DNA from: an uncultured Actinomycetota bacterium
GTDB taxonomy: Bacteria > Actinomycetota > Actinomycetes > Mycobacteriales > Mycobacteriaceae
Assembly (NCBI GenBank): GCA_963720085.1
Contig: CAVRER010000080.1
Coordinates: forward strand, 94,428-158,427
Direction: 5' to 3'
DNA: 64,000 nt
Below the pieces are notes generated by a model. The model made no database searches, was not told the DNA's origin, and saw only the letters and a program-made list of their open reading frames with translations. The position numbers and the translations under genes are program-made. Shown here one piece after another: positions 1-11,948 of this stretch (positions are counted from its first letter, which is position 1; every line of letters begins with the position of its first letter).

Positions 1-588
1 CAGCGCAGCGAACATCGACGCGTACTCGACGCCGATCACACCGGCACCGACCACGACCATCGACGTCGGGATCGACTTGAGATCGAGGATGCCGTCGGAG
101 TCCAGCACTCGTTGCTCGTCGAACTCCACCCCTTCGGGGCGAGCCGGTTTCGTGCCGGTGGCGATGACAATGTTGCTGCCGCTGACCGTGGTGCGTTCAC
201 CGTGTGACACGTCGTCGACCAAGACGGTGTGCTCGTCGAGGAACCGACCCTGGCCCGCGATCAGATCGACCCGGTTGCGCATCAGCTGGTTGCGCACCAC
301 GTCAGCTTGCTTGCCGATCACATGCTTGGTTCGCGACAGCAGGTCGGCCGGTGTGATCTTGTCCTTGACCCGATAGCTCGCGCCGTAGAGCTCGCGTTGG
401 TTCATCCCGGTCAGGTAGACGACGGCCTCGCGCAACGTCTTCGACGGGATAGTGCCGGTGTTGACGCAGACCCCGCCCAGCATTTGCCGCTGCTCGACGA
501 CCGCGACCGTTTTGCCCAGCTTGGCTGCGGCGATGGCGGCCTTCTGCCCGCCGGGACCTGAACCGATGACGACCAGGTCGTATTTCAC
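1..588 (-). CDS. sthA: Soluble pyridine nucleotide transhydrogenase, N-terminal ~196 codons (gene runs off the left edge)
   Basis: Minus-strand translation from GTG at 588 gives [56 protein letters not shown] ... [20 protein letters not shown]. It has the FAD GxGxxG motif and is colinear with Rv2713. It is absent from the ORF track because it has no stop inside the window. Confidence 0.85.
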   Translation of the reverse strand, partial: MKYDLVVIGSGPGGQKAAIAAAKLGKTVAVVEQRQMLGGVCVNTGTIPSKTLREAVVYLTGMNQRELYGASYRVKDKITPADLLSRTKHVIGKQADVVRNQLMRNRVDLIAGQGRFLDEHTVLVDDVSHGERTTVSGSNIVIATGTKPARPEGVEFDEQRVLDSDGILDLKSIPTSMVVVGAGVIGVEYASMFAAL

Positions 589-810
589 GTCGTGCTCCAG
601 CATCGAACCCATGAGGAAACATCTACGCCGGTTCTCGGCCGCGCGCATGCCGAGTAGCGCGACAGCCATGTGAATAATCACTTCAGCTGTTGCCGACGCT
701 CGCGTAGTCGGGCCGCCTGTTGTCCCCAGCTGCGCCTTTGTCCACAGCGCACGGGTTGCGCCGTCTGCACCGCCGACGGGCTGACAGTGCCGATTGCCAG
801 CGTGGGCGCC

Positions 811-1869
811 ATGACCAAGCAGCGACCTGACTTTGAACTGAATCGCCCCGGCGCGGTGATCGCCGCGCTCCCGGCCGTGCTGGGCTTCGTGCCGGAGAAA
901 TCGCTGGTGCTGGTATCGATCGACGACAACGAGCTGGGGGCGGTGATGCGGGTCGACCTCTCCGAGTCGCTCGCTGACCAGATTGGGCAGCTCGCGGAGG
1001 TGGCCTCGGCCGCCAGCCCCGAGGCGGCCATCGTGGTCATTGTCGACGCCGACGGCGCGGGCTGCCCGATGTGCAACGAGCAGTACCGCGACCTGTGTGC
1101 GACGCTCACCGACGAGTTGTCGCAGCGCGACATCGCGCTTTGGGCCGCACATGTGGTGGACCGAGTGGCCGCCGGGGGTCGCTGGCACTGCGTGGATGGC
1201 TGCGGCGCCGGCGGTGTCATCGACGACCCGTCCGCGTCGCCGGTGGCGGTGGCGGCGGTGCTCGACGGCCGTCGGCTGTATGCGCGGCGCGCTGACCTGC
1301 AGTCGGTCATCGCGGTCGACGAGCGGGTCGGAAGCGCGGCGCTGGCCGGGTTGATCGGCGACCGCGCCGCGTCGCGGGATGCCGCACACCGTGCCGATCC
1401 TTTTGCCTGCGTCCGCCGCGACGTCGAGGACGCGTTGGCTGCTGCTGCCCGTGTCGGCGAGGGACAACAACTCTCCGACGCGGAGCTGGCCAGCCTGGCC
1501 TGTGCGCTGGGCGACGTGGAGTTCCGCGACACGATGTATGCCGTGGCGGTCGGCCAGAGCGCCGGAGAGGCCGAGTCGCTGTGGGCGCTGCTATCGCGCA
1601 GCCTGCCCACCCCGTGGCGGGTAGAGGCGCTGGTGTTGGTCGCGTTCAGTGCCTATGTCCGCGGCGACGGCCCGCTGGCCGGGGTATCGCTGGAGGCCGC
1701 GCTGCGTTGCCAGCCCGACCATCGGATGGCAAGCATGCTCGATACGGCGTTGCAATCGGGCCTGCGGCCTGAGCACATTCGCGAATTGGCTGTCACCGGA
1801 TACCGGCTGGCCGAGCGGCTCGGTGTGCGGCTGCCGCCTCGACGGGTTTTCGGCCGACGAGCCGTCTAA
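811..1869 (+). CDS. DUF4192 family protein (Rv2712c-like)
   Basis: ORF 670..1869. The ATG at 811 ([35 protein letters not shown]) matches the typical DUF4192 N-terminus, and the gene sits next to ideR as in M. tuberculosis. Confidence 0.8.
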   Translation: MTKQRPDFELNRPGAVIAALPAVLGFVPEKSLVLVSIDDNELGAVMRVDLSESLADQIGQLAEVASAASPEAAIVVIVDADGAGCPMCNEQYRDLCATLTDELSQRDIALWAAHVVDRVAAGGRWHCVDGCGAGGVIDDPSASPVAVAAVLDGRRLYARRADLQSVIAVDERVGSAALAGLIGDRAASRDAAHRADPFACVRRDVEDALAAAARVGEGQQLSDAELASLACALGDVEFRDTMYAVAVGQSAGEAESLWALLSRSLPTPWRVEALVLVAFSAYVRGDGPLAGVSLEAALRCQPDHRMASMLDTALQSGLRPEHIRELAVTGYRLAERLGVRLPPRRVFGRRAV

Positions 1870-1878
1870 ACGGCCCGG

Positions 1879-2571
1879 CTAGACCTTTTCGACCTTGACG
1901 GCGTGAGCCATCTCGTGCGGCAGGCTGACATTCTCGTGGCCCGGTATCACGATCGTCACGCCGCCCGCCGGGTTGGTTTCGACGGTCACCCGGGCGTTGG
2001 GAACGACGCCGGCGTCCTTGAGCCGGGCGATCAGGTCGATGTCGCCCTGCACGTGTTCGGCGAGCTGACGCACCACGACTGCGACGGGTGATCCGGCCGG
2101 CAGCTCTGTGAGCCGCACCAAATTGGGCTCTTCGTCGCCGAATCCCGGCCCGACGCCCAAATCCAACAGCCCCGGAATCGGGTTGCCGAATGGCGAGGTC
2201 GTTGGGTTGTTGAGGACTTGCACAAGCCGACGCTCGACGTCTTCGCTCATCACGTGCTCCCACCGGCAAGCCTCGGCGTGTACCTCTTCCCAGGGCAATC
2301 CGATGACATCGACCAGCAGCCGCTCGGCCAGCCGGTGCTTACGCATCACCGAGACGGCCAGTGCGCGGCCCTTGTCAGTGAGTTCGAGATGGCGGTCGCC
2401 GGCCACGTGCAGCAGGCCGTCGCGCTCCATCCGCGACACGGTCTGGCTGACCGTGGGTCCGCTCTGGTCAAGGCGTTCGGCGATACGGGCACGCAGCGGC
2501 GTCACGCCCTCTTCTTCGAGGTCGTAAATCGTCCGCAGGTACATCTCGGTGGTATCAACCAGGTCGTTCAT
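1879..2571 (-). CDS. ideR: Iron-dependent repressor IdeR (DtxR family), 230 aa
   Basis: MNDLVDTTEMYLRTIYDLEEEGVTPLRARIAERLDQSGPTVSQTVSRMERDGLL...HEMAHAVKVEKV is ~90% identical to M. tuberculosis IdeR as I recall it. The ATG at 2571 was verified. The longer track ORF (to 2835) is an upstream extension. Confidence 0.97.
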   Translation of the reverse strand: MNDLVDTTEMYLRTIYDLEEEGVTPLRARIAERLDQSGPTVSQTVSRMERDGLLHVAGDRHLELTDKGRALAVSVMRKHRLAERLLVDVIGLPWEEVHAEACRWEHVMSEDVERRLVQVLNNPTTSPFGNPIPGLLDLGVGPGFGDEEPNLVRLTELPAGSPVAVVVRQLAEHVQGDIDLIARLKDAGVVPNARVTVETNPAGGVTIVIPGHENVSLPHEMAHAVKVEKV

Positions 2572-2640
2572 TCCGCACCCTCCATTGCCGCTGAGTCTAC
2601 TTGCCCAGCTGCGTGAATGGTTCGCTAACACTCCAGCACC

Positions 2641-2676
2641 GCAGTATGCCCGCCGCTGGCGCGGCGGGCATACTGC
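2641..2676 (-). terminator. Perfect 16-bp stem / 4-nt loop hairpin downstream of sigB
   Basis: The sequence is gcagtatgcccgccgc tggc gcggcgggcatactgc, 20 nt after the sigB stop and upstream of ideR. There is no U-tract, as in the I-shaped terminators common in mycobacteria. Confidence 0.6.
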
Positions 2677-2695
2677 TTCGAGTTGATTTAGGTCG

Positions 2696-3655
2696 TCAGC
2701 TGGCGTAGGACCGCAGTCGGTCGGCCCGGTCACCGTGGCGGAGCTTGCCCATAACCTCGCGCTCGATTTGGCGAACCCGCTCGCGGGACAGCCCGAACAG
2801 CTTGCCGATCTGGTCAAGCGTGCGGGGCTGTCCATCGTCGAGCCCGAAGCGCAACCGGATCACCTGATGCTCGCGCTCGTCGAGCGTGGCCAGCACCGTG
2901 CGGATGTCGGTGTGCAGCAGCTCGGCGATCACCGCGTTCTCCGCGGACATCGCTTCGGCGTCCTCGATGAAGTCACCCAGCGGTGCCTCTTCCTCGGAGC
3001 CGACCGGCATGTCGAGACTCACCGGGTCGCGGCTGTGCTCCAGCAGGTCGTTGATCTTCTCGATCGGAATGCCGGACTCGGCAGCGAGTTCCTCGTCAGT
3101 GGCTTCACGGCCGAGGTTCTGGTGCATCTCGCGCTTGATCCGTGCCAGCTTGTTCACCTGCTCAACCAGGTGAACCGGCAGCCGGATGGTGCGGCTCTGG
3201 TCGGCCATGCCCCTGGTGATCGCCTGCCGGATCCACCAGGTCGCGTAGGTCGAAAACTTGAATCCCTTTGCGTAGTCGAACTTTTCCATCGCCCGGATCA
3301 ACCCTAGATTGCCTTCCTGGATGAGGTCCAGCAGCGGCATTCCGCGGCCCGTGTAGCGCTTCGCCAACGACACGACCAACCGCAGGTTGGCTTCCAGCAG
3401 GTGGCCTCGTGCCGCTTGGCCGTCGCGGACCACGGCCGCCAGATCGCGTTTGCGGTTCTCGCCGAGGCGCTTGCGGGTCTCGAGCAGATGCTGGGCGTAC
3501 AGGCCGGCCTCGATGCGCTTGGCAAGCTCGACTTCATCGGCTGCGTTGAGCAATGCCGTTTTGCCGATGCCGTTCAGATACACGCGTACCAGGTCCGCGG
3601 CTGGGCTCTGAGCATCGAGATCGCCGTCGAACCGGCTTGTGGTGGCATTTGCCAT
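2696..3655 (-). CDS. sigB: Principal-like sigma-70 factor SigB
   Basis: [53 protein letters not shown]...[10 protein letters not shown] is near-identical to Rv2710. The ATG at 3655 was verified. Regions 1.2-4 are present. Confidence 0.97.
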   Translation of the reverse strand: MANATTSRFDGDLDAQSPAADLVRVYLNGIGKTALLNAADEVELAKRIEAGLYAQHLLETRKRLGENRKRDLAAVVRDGQAARGHLLEANLRLVVSLAKRYTGRGMPLLDLIQEGNLGLIRAMEKFDYAKGFKFSTYATWWIRQAITRGMADQSRTIRLPVHLVEQVNKLARIKREMHQNLGREATDEELAAESGIPIEKINDLLEHSRDPVSLDMPVGSEEEAPLGDFIEDAEAMSAENAVIAELLHTDIRTVLATLDEREHQVIRLRFGLDDGQPRTLDQIGKLFGLSRERVRQIEREVMGKLRHGDRADRLRSYAS

Positions 3656-3803
3656 TAGCGCCCTCCTATAGGCGTGAGCTGTCATGAGGTACAACGACCT
3701 ACTTGGGCAATGAGTTCCCACCCGGCGGCCATCTCACACCCGTTGACGTGCGCGGATGTCCGCATGGTCTGAGAATGTGCTGAGAACCCGGTGCGCCGGC
3801 GGG

Positions 3804-4208
3804 TTATTCGGAACCGTCAGCTTCCTGCCGCGGCGATTCCGGTTGCGGCGCTGGGCGAGTGTGCTGCTCGAGCGCGGGCCGTTCGGCAGTGGGGAACAGC
3901 GGGGTGCGCCGCGTGACTCCGTCGAATCGCCGGGGTTCGTCGGGGCGGCGGGGCGGTCGGTCGTTGGCGATCAGCACCGCCATCCAGGGCAGCGGGACCG
4001 ACGCGGCAAGGATCAGAAGTGAGACCAGACCGTTGTGCCACATCCCATATGCGACGGCGGCCAGCACCAGTGCCGGTATCCGGAAGGCCATCAGCGTCAG
4101 ATATTTCCGCACCCGCTGGCGGTGCTGCACGTCGTATGCCGGCTCGGCGGCCGTGATGAGTACCGGCCTACCGTCGTCGTCGAAACCCAGCTCAGTGCCG
4201 CGCTTCAT
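3804..4208 (-). CDS. DUF3099 membrane protein (Rv2709-like)
   Basis: 134-aa ORF with two predicted TM helices (FRIPALVLAAVAYGMW / LVSLLILAASVPLPWMAVLI) in the syntenic position. Confidence 0.8.
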   Translation of the reverse strand: MKRGTELGFDDDGRPVLITAAEPAYDVQHRQRVRKYLTLMAFRIPALVLAAVAYGMWHNGLVSLLILAASVPLPWMAVLIANDRPPRRPDEPRRFDGVTRRTPLFPTAERPALEQHTRPAPQPESPRQEADGSE

Positions 4209-4268
4209 TTCTCTACTGTTTCACACTTCGGCCACCCCGTCGAAGCCTGTTCCGGCACAATATGAGCC

Positions 4269-4508
4269 ATGGAGACCCAGACGATCGAGCGCACCGAGAT
4301 CGACGAACGCGTCGACGACGGGACCGACAGCGACACCCCCAAGTACTTCCACTACGTCAAGAAGGACAAGATCGCTCAAAGCGCCGTGATGGGCACGCAT
4401 GTCGTGGCGCTGTGCGGCGAGGTGTTCCCGGTGACGAAGGCGGCCAAGCCGGGCTCACCGGTATGCCCGGACTGCAAGCGGATCTACGAGAAGCTCAAGA
4501 CGGGCTGA
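4269..4508 (+). CDS. DUF3039 protein (Rv2708c-like)
   Basis: 79-aa ORF ...DTPKYFHYVKKDKIAQSAVMGTHVVALCGEVFPVTKAAKPGSPVCPDCKRIY, a conserved actinobacterial small protein in the syntenic position. Confidence 0.85.
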   Translation: METQTIERTEIDERVDDGTDSDTPKYFHYVKKDKIAQSAVMGTHVVALCGEVFPVTKAAKPGSPVCPDCKRIYEKLKTG

Positions 4509-5475
4509 CCCGATCGGGGCTGACCGGTGCCTCCGCTGCGCCGTCGGTGTCGTCGGCGCCGTCAGCCTTGTTGCGTGATATCAGCCAGCGCCGCAGCCGG
4601 TGGGCATGGGTGCGCGGGGCCGGCCACTCCTCCTGGATGGCGGCGTTGAACTCGGCGCCCAGCATGATCGCGAAGCCCGCGAAAAAGGCGAACAGCAGAA
4701 ACGCGATCGGTGTGGCCAGTGCGCCGTAGGTGTAGCCGGTGCCGGTGATCCACCACAGGTAGATGCGCAGCCCCAGCGTCGCGATCACGAAGGCCACGCT
4801 GGCCAGTGCCGCACCGAAGACCAGCCGATGCGACGGCAGCGGTTCGGGCAAGGCCACCCGATACAGGATCACCACGGTGACGATCAGGCCGGTGAGCAAC
4901 GCCGGATAGTAGCCGTAGGCCAGGACGTCCTGCAGGCCGTCGGGGATGAATTGGGCGAGCTTGCGCGGCCCGCGCACCATCAGCGGCGCAGTGACGATCA
5001 GAAACAGCAGCATCACCACATACAAGAGCAGTGCGAACAGCCGTTGGCGCACCGGATGGCGCAGCGGGGTCTGGTCGTGGGCCTCGACCACCGAATCGAC
5101 GAACGCGGAAATCGCCGACGATCCCGCCCACAGTGAAATCAAAAACCCCAGGGACACCACTTCACCGCGGGCACCCCGGTCGATGTCGGCAATCGTCGGT
5201 TCAATGATCTCGTGGACCACACTCGGGGAGAAAACTTTGTTGGACATCGACACCAGGCGTTGCTCGATCCCAGACATGGTGTCCGGCCCGAACAGCGGCG
5301 CCACGTAGGCGAGGCTGCCCAGCATTCCCAACAACAGCGGCGGCAGGGACAGCGCTGACCAGAACGCGGCCTGCGCCGACTCCGAGAAGATCGAGTCGTC
5401 CCAACTCTTGGACAGCGCCCGCTTAGTGACGCGCCAGATGTGATGGCGCGAAGGCTTCACTATTCGGTCGTTCAT
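4495..5475 (-). CDS. YihY/BrkB family membrane protein (Rv2707-like)
   Basis: 326-aa polytopic membrane ORF. The N-terminus ...SWDDSIFSESAQAAFWSALSLPPLLLG is typical of the YihY family. Confidence 0.85.
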   Translation of the reverse strand: MNDRIVKPSRHHIWRVTKRALSKSWDDSIFSESAQAAFWSALSLPPLLLGMLGSLAYVAPLFGPDTMSGIEQRLVSMSNKVFSPSVVHEIIEPTIADIDRGARGEVVSLGFLISLWAGSSAISAFVDSVVEAHDQTPLRHPVRQRLFALLLYVVMLLFLIVTAPLMVRGPRKLAQFIPDGLQDVLAYGYYPALLTGLIVTVVILYRVALPEPLPSHRLVFGAALASVAFVIATLGLRIYLWWITGTGYTYGALATPIAFLLFAFFAGFAIMLGAEFNAAIQEEWPAPRTHAHRLRRWLISRNKADGADDTDGAAEAPVSPDRVSPS

Positions 5476-5538
5476 GACCAGTTCAGGATTCCTGACGAAT
5501 GGTCCTGCCGTCCAGATTGCCGATGGCGAGTCGGGGGC

Positions 5539-5736
5539 TCAGGACTCCAACGAAATCGCGCTGACTTCAAGCACGGCCGACACCTCGATCAGCTTCGCCT
5601 CGTGCTCGTTGGCGTGGTGCTGGCAGAAGAGGAGTTCCGCGCCAGAGGGCAGCTTGGCGCGTACACGGGCGGCAGCGCCGCACCGGTCGCACCGGTCAGC
5701 TTTGGTTAACTCTGGAGTGGTCAAAGTCGCGTTCAT
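5539..5736 (-). CDS. Small Cys-rich conserved actinobacterial protein (DUF7455-like)
   Basis: 65 aa: ...ADRCDRCGAAARVRAKLPSGAELLFCQHHANEHEAKL. This conserved small ORF is found near the principal sigma factor gene in actinobacteria. Confidence 0.7.
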   Translation of the reverse strand: MNATLTTPELTKADRCDRCGAAARVRAKLPSGAELLFCQHHANEHEAKLIEVSAVLEVSAISLES

Positions 5737-5878
5737 GGCTACTCCTTCTGGCCGTAATCCACTGTCTCAGATGTCAACGCGTTTGGCCGTCTTCACCACG
5801 CGTTTACCGGCTGTGTTGTTTCTCACTTCTGTGCGTTTGGCGCTCCGGGCAGGATGGCGGTATGAGCCACCTCCGGCG

Positions 5879-6232
5879 TTGCTGGTGCACCTGTGTCCCA
5901 CCGACGAGTGGTCGTCCGCCAGGACCCGGGGAGAGCTGCGACCCGAGTCGCTTACCAGCGCCGGATTCGTCCACCTTTCGACGGCTGACCAGGTGCATCT
6001 ACCGGCCAATCGCCTTTACCGCGGTCGTGACGACTTGGTGCTATTGCACATCGATCCGGCCCGTTTGGACTCACCCATTCGTTGGGAACCAGGAGTGGCA
6101 ACGGATCCGGAGTCGATGCTGTTCCCGCACTTGTACGGCGCACTGCCGGTTGGTGCTGTGATCAGTGTCACCAGCTACCGGCCCGGCGCTGACGGCAGCT
6201 TCCCGCCGGTCGGTGGGTCGGTCATCGAGTAG
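5879..6232 (+). CDS. DUF952 protein (Rv2705c-like)
   Basis: The C-terminal part of track ORF 5474..6232 reads LLVHLCPTDEWSSARTRGELRPESLTSAGFVHLSTADQVHLPANRLYRGRDDLVLLHIDPARL. The start is placed at the in-frame TTG 5879 (GTG 5885 is an alternative) and is uncertain. Confidence 0.7.
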   Translation: MLVHLCPTDEWSSARTRGELRPESLTSAGFVHLSTADQVHLPANRLYRGRDDLVLLHIDPARLDSPIRWEPGVATDPESMLFPHLYGALPVGAVISVTSYRPGADGSFPPVGGSVIE

Positions 6233-6594
6233 GCGTCGGCTTCAATCTCCACCAACAGTTCGGACGCTATGAGCGCGGCTACCTCGACCATGGTGGCCGC
6301 GGGACGGATGTCACCGAACACCTCAGAATGGACTGCTGCGACCTCACGCCAACGGGAGATGTCGGTAACGAAGATGCGAGTACGGACCACGTCGCTGAGC
6401 ATCGCCCCCGCCTGATTGAGAGCGGCCTCGATGCGGCGCAAGGCTTCTCGAGTTTGTGCGCCGATGTCATCAACGGGTCCCGGGCCGGTTGTCCCGGCTA
6501 CGGCGACGTGTGGGCCGATCCGGACCGCGCGGGAATAGCCGACGGTCGACTCGAAATCGGATCCGGACGAGATAAGGGTGCGGCTGGCCGACAT
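6175..6594 (-). CDS. RidA/YjgF family protein (Rv2704-like)
   Basis: 139-aa ORF ...GPHVAVAGTTG...QTREALRRIEAALNQAGAMLSDVVRTRIFVTDI...MVEVAAL. It is convergent with the DUF952 gene and overlaps it. Confidence 0.85.
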   Translation of the reverse strand: MSASRTLISSGSDFESTVGYSRAVRIGPHVAVAGTTGPGPVDDIGAQTREALRRIEAALNQAGAMLSDVVRTRIFVTDISRWREVAAVHSEVFGDIRPAATMVEVAALIASELLVEIEADAYSMTDPPTGGKLPSAPGR

Positions 6595-6675
6595 TCGGCC
6601 AAGTTAGGCCAGCGGCGTCGCCGGCGCAGCCGAATTACCTGTAGCGCAACGTGAGCGGGTGCCGCCTAACGGAGC

Positions 6676-8235
<1,560 letters not shown>

Positions 8236-8412
8236 GTGAACCCCTTCGGTAGAACTCACTTCCGGTGCTCTAGGCATGCTCAACCGGAAAATATCGGCTA
8301 TGTCGGATGTCGGCGTCGATTATCAGTCTGGATATTCGCCGCTCTCGGTCAGGCGGCTGCCGGAGACCATTGTAACGACAGCGCAGCAACACCCCGGCCA
8401 GAGCGCGCAAAT

Positions 8413-9219
8413 TCAGTGCGTCACGTCGCTGGTCGCCGCCATCGCCGCGCCGACGATTCCCGCGCTGTTCTGCAGAGTGGCGGCGACTACCGGAGTGCGG
8501 TTCTTCAGTAGCGGCACCCATTTGTCGGCTTTGCGGCTGATCCCGCCGCCGGCGATGAACAGCTCCGGGCACATCGCGTTCTCGATAGCGACCAGCACCT
8601 TCGTCACCTGCTTCGCCCACTTTTCGTAGCTCCAGCCGCGGTTGTCCCTGACCGATGACGCGGCGCGGTGTTCAGCCTCTTCACCGCCGACCTCGAGGTG
8701 CCCGAACTCGGTGTTGGGCAGCAAAATCCCGTTGTGAATGACCGCCGACCCGATTCCGGTTCCGAATGTGAGCAGCACCACCACGCCGGTGGTGTCTTTG
8801 CCCGCCCCATAGCGCTCTTCAGCCAGCCCCGCCGCGTCGGCGTCGTTGAGAACCACGATCTGCTGGCCGCCCAATTCGGAGCTGATGATGTCGCCGGCGT
8901 TGGTTCCGATCCAGGACTTGTCGACGTTGGCTGCGGTCCGGACGATGCCGTGCGTGACGACACCCGGGTAGGTCACCCCGAGCGGGCCGGTCCAGCCGAA
9001 TTCGTTGACAACGGCCGCGATCGTCTTCGCGACTGCGGACGGCGTGGCCGGTTGGGGGGTCAACAGCTTGTAACGATCGCCGACCAGTTGGCCGGTGTTC
9101 AGGTCGACGATTCCGCCCTTGATGCCGCTGCCACCGACGTCGATACCGAAACCCTGGCGCGGCGGCGTTCCGGGCACATCGGTCCCGGACGAGGCGGTGG
9201 TCGAGTCGGTACCGGTCAA
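8413..9219 (-). CDS. ppgK: Polyphosphate glucokinase (ROK family)
   Basis: GFGIDVGGSGIKGGIVDLNTGQLVGDRYKLLTPQPATP...FGHLEVGG...FIAGGGISRKADKWVPLL matches Rv2702. The start is placed at TTG 9219, preceded by GAGGAG. The track ORF extends further, to 9414. Confidence 0.9.
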   Translation of the reverse strand: MTGTDSTTASSGTDVPGTPPRQGFGIDVGGSGIKGGIVDLNTGQLVGDRYKLLTPQPATPSAVAKTIAAVVNEFGWTGPLGVTYPGVVTHGIVRTAANVDKSWIGTNAGDIISSELGGQQIVVLNDADAAGLAEERYGAGKDTTGVVVLLTFGTGIGSAVIHNGILLPNTEFGHLEVGGEEAEHRAASSVRDNRGWSYEKWAKQVTKVLVAIENAMCPELFIAGGGISRKADKWVPLLKNRTPVVAATLQNSAGIVGAAMAATSDVTH

Positions 9220-9432
9220 GAGAATCTCCTCGGCGAGACGGGGTGTCCGCCCACACCATAGTCCGACGACGATGCGGGCCGGGACGGCCCGGGGTGGGGG
9301 TACCTCCCGCTTGCGGGGGCGAGTCGGACAAATCAGCCCTAGTGCGTGGATACGCAGTTGGCTGGCCTGTATGGCGGTCGCGTCGGAAGCGCCAGCGGGG
9401 TGGTCCGGCGGCAACTGTGATGCGATGGACCG

Positions 9433-10308
9433 GTGAGCACGCTAAAGAACCAACCGGCACATCTGCGTTCGGTGGCCGAAAGGTTGGCCGGGGAAGCGGC
9501 GGCGTTCGCTCGGCGCCGTCGTAGCGAGGTGTTCGGCCCCGACGCGCGCTCTGGGGGCAACGATGCGGTGCGAACAAAGACGACGCCGACCGATCCGGTC
9601 ACCATCGTCGACACCGAGACCGAACGGCTATTGCGTGATCGGTTGGCGCAGTGGCGATCCGGCGACCCGGTTTTGGGCGAAGAAATCGGCGGACCCATTT
9701 CTCCGGCGGCCAGCGCCGCCGGCACCGTCACCTGGGTGCTTGACCCGATCGACGGCACGGTGAATTTCGTCTACGGGATCCCGGCCTATGCAGTGTCGGT
9801 GGCAGCTCAGGTCGACGGTGTGTCGGTGGCCGGCGCGGTCGCCGACGTCATGGGCGGGCGGGTGTACTCGGCCGCGGTCGGACTGGGTGCACACGTCATC
9901 GACGAGCTCGGCACGCATCCGCTGCGGTGCACCGCCGTCGACGATTTGTCGATGGCGTTAGTGGGCACCGGATTCGCATACTCCAAGCGACGTCGCACGG
10001 TCCAGGCGGCGCTGGTGGCCAAAATTCTGCCGGTAGTCCGCGATGTGCGTCGGATCGGCTCTGCCGCAATGGATTTGTGCATGGTGGCGGCGGGCCGATT
10101 GGACGCCTATTACGAGCACGGCTTGCATGTCTGGGACTGCGCAGCCGGGGCGCTGATCGCCGCCGAGGCGGGCGCCCGGGTGGTGTTGCCTGCGCCGGGA
10201 GATCCGGACAGTACAGCCGCCCTGGTCCTCGCCGCGGCGCCCGGGATCGCGGACCAGTTACTCGCGGCCCTGGAGCGATTCGACGGTCTCGCTCCGATTC
10301 CGGGCTGA
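9433..10308 (+). CDS. suhB: Inositol monophosphatase family protein SuhB
   Basis: 291 aa: ...WVLDPIDGTVNFVYGIPAYAVS...WDCAAGALIAAEAGARV, the IMPase motifs, colinear with Rv2701c. Confidence 0.88.
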   Translation: MSTLKNQPAHLRSVAERLAGEAAAFARRRRSEVFGPDARSGGNDAVRTKTTPTDPVTIVDTETERLLRDRLAQWRSGDPVLGEEIGGPISPAASAAGTVTWVLDPIDGTVNFVYGIPAYAVSVAAQVDGVSVAGAVADVMGGRVYSAAVGLGAHVIDELGTHPLRCTAVDDLSMALVGTGFAYSKRRRTVQAALVAKILPVVRDVRRIGSAAMDLCMVAAGRLDAYYEHGLHVWDCAAGALIAAEAGARVVLPAPGDPDSTAALVLAAAPGIADQLLAALERFDGLAPIPG

Positions 10309-10328
10309 TCGATCCAACCGACCCGGCG

Positions 10329-10976
10329 TCAGCAGCTGCCCGCGTGGATCTTTGTCAGCAGCGCTGAATCGGCGGGCTCAGCATCGCGACGCAGGCCGGC
10401 GAGCACCGCGTCGATGTCGTCGCTGTGTGCCAGCGCGCTGAACTCAGTGCCGAGAACCAGGTCGACGGAATCGTCGGTGCGGTCATCGCGATACAACTCG
10501 GTGCACGGGGCGACTAGCCACACCGCCGCAGCGGAGGCCTGGCCGGCGTCGCCGAAGCGGATCTGGCCCTGGCAGTTCAGCCTGGCGTGGGCATAGATCG
10601 GATCGTTGGCGGCGGTCGGCTGCGCGAAGCCCAGGTCTTTCAGCGCACCGGCGACCTCGGCGGCCTGACCACCCCGCCCGCTGGCGTTCAGGACATGGAG
10701 TTTGGTATCGGCGAGTTTTGCCGGTGCGACGTTGATCATCGTGCTGTGCGACACCGGTGTGCCCAGGTGCGGCGCTCCGGGGTCCGTCTGCTCGGGCGGC
10801 GGGTTGCAGGCCGCGGCCTCATGGACGTCGGACGGCCGGGTGAGAGCCATCGTCCACACCACCGCGGTCGCCACCAGCAGCACGACCAGCAGGAAAATCG
10901 CGGGCCGGGCATTGCGACGGCGAAACGGTCGACCGTGCCGGTCGAAAGCGGTGCCTTCGGTGATTTGCGCGACCAC
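10329..10976 (-). CDS. LytR C-terminal domain membrane-anchored protein (Rv2700-like)
   Basis: 215 aa with an N-terminal TM segment (PAIFLLVVLLVATAVVW), then ...LHVLNASGRGGQAAEVAGALKDLGF, typical of the LytR_C domain. Confidence 0.8.
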   Translation of the reverse strand: MVAQITEGTAFDRHGRPFRRRNARPAIFLLVVLLVATAVVWTMALTRPSDVHEAAACNPPPEQTDPGAPHLGTPVSHSTMINVAPAKLADTKLHVLNASGRGGQAAEVAGALKDLGFAQPTAANDPIYAHARLNCQGQIRFGDAGQASAAAVWLVAPCTELYRDDRTDDSVDLVLGTEFSALAHSDDIDAVLAGLRRDAEPADSALLTKIHAGSC

Positions 10977-11136
10977 GTACGCACTCTAAACGGGATGTTT
11001 AGAGCGAGGTAACGCGGTTAAATACCGGGTGTGACGTAAATCACACTACAACACCGGGGTATACGGGCACGAATCGTTTGGTGGATGCGTTCGACGCTGG
11101 TACAAAGCTTAGCTTGCGAGGTTACGAGGGGACACG

Positions 11137-11442
11137 ATGATGGCTACCGATTACGACGCGCCAAGGCGTACCGAGACCGATGACGTTTCCGAGGACTCCC
11201 TAGAGGAACTCAAGGCACGGCGGAGCGAAGCGGCGTCGGCGGTGGTCGACGTGGACGAATCAGAGTCTGCCGAGTCTTTCGAGCTGCCCGGTGCCGACCT
11301 GTCCGGCGAAGAGCTGTCAGTACGCGTGATTCCCAAGCAGGCTGACGAGTTCACTTGTTCGAGCTGCTTTCTGGTTCAACACCGCAGTCGGCTGGCTAGC
11401 GAGAAAAACGGCGTGATGATCTGTACCGACTGCGCGGCCTGA
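11137..11442 (+). CDS. DUF4193 protein (Rv2699c-like)
   Basis: 101 aa: MMATDYDAPRRTETDDVSEDSLEELKARR...FTCSSCFLVQHRSRLA...ICTDCAA. The ATG is preceded by GAGGGG. Confidence 0.88.
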   Translation: MMATDYDAPRRTETDDVSEDSLEELKARRSEAASAVVDVDESESAESFELPGADLSGEELSVRVIPKQADEFTCSSCFLVQHRSRLASEKNGVMICTDCAA

Positions 11443-11446
11443 TCGG

Positions 11447-11923
11447 TCAGCTGCGCAATGCCGACAGCACCCGCTCCGGGTGACGGCAGCTCACCAGCCA
11501 ATACGGCGTCGGGTCGTCGACGTCGTTCAGAACGAGCAGCACCATCGGGCCTACCCAGCCTCGGTGCACCACGTACGCTGCGGGGTCGAGTTGGCGTCCC
11601 AGCGCCGCGGACTTGGCCGAGCGCGGGATATCTGCGGACCGGGCGATCACGGTGACGGGCAGATGCGCCTCGCCGGCCCACAATTCGACTCCGCCCTTGC
11701 CGGCGGTGACCCGGATCTCGATCCGGCCCAGCCAGAGCAGCGCTCCGGCGGCCACCACGAACAACAACGCGAACGGCAGCCAGCGCGGCAGGCTCGGCAC
11801 GCCCTGGTTGACTTCCAGAGCAATGATCGCCGCGAGCGCGAAACCCAATGGCCACCACCACCATGGCACCCACAACCGCTCGCGATACCGCACGCTTTGC
11901 GCCGCGACTCGCGTACCTGACAC
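11447..11923 (-). CDS. DUF3093 membrane protein (Rv2698-like)
   Basis: ...[28 protein letters not shown].... The track ORF starts at 12001 and would overlap the dut 5' end, so I prefer GTG 11923 (or 11893). The start is uncertain. Confidence 0.75.
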   Translation of the reverse strand: MSGTRVAAQSVRYRERLWVPWWWWPLGFALAAIIALEVNQGVPSLPRWLPFALLFVVAAGALLWLGRIEIRVTAGKGGVELWAGEAHLPVTVIARSADIPRSAKSAALGRQLDPAAYVVHRGWVGPMVLLVLNDVDDPTPYWLVSCRHPERVLSALRS

Positions 11924-11948
11924 TCGGTCAAGGGTAATCTGTGCCCCC

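Noticed and set aside
678-1610. Long antisense ORFs, for example 678..1610(-), 7598..8239(+), 17683..18660(-), 18951..20393(-), 30918..32531(-), 46842..47756(+)
   Set aside because: They are shadow ORFs opposite strongly supported genes in 65% GC DNA. The translations are Arg/Ala/Pro/Ser-rich with no motifs.
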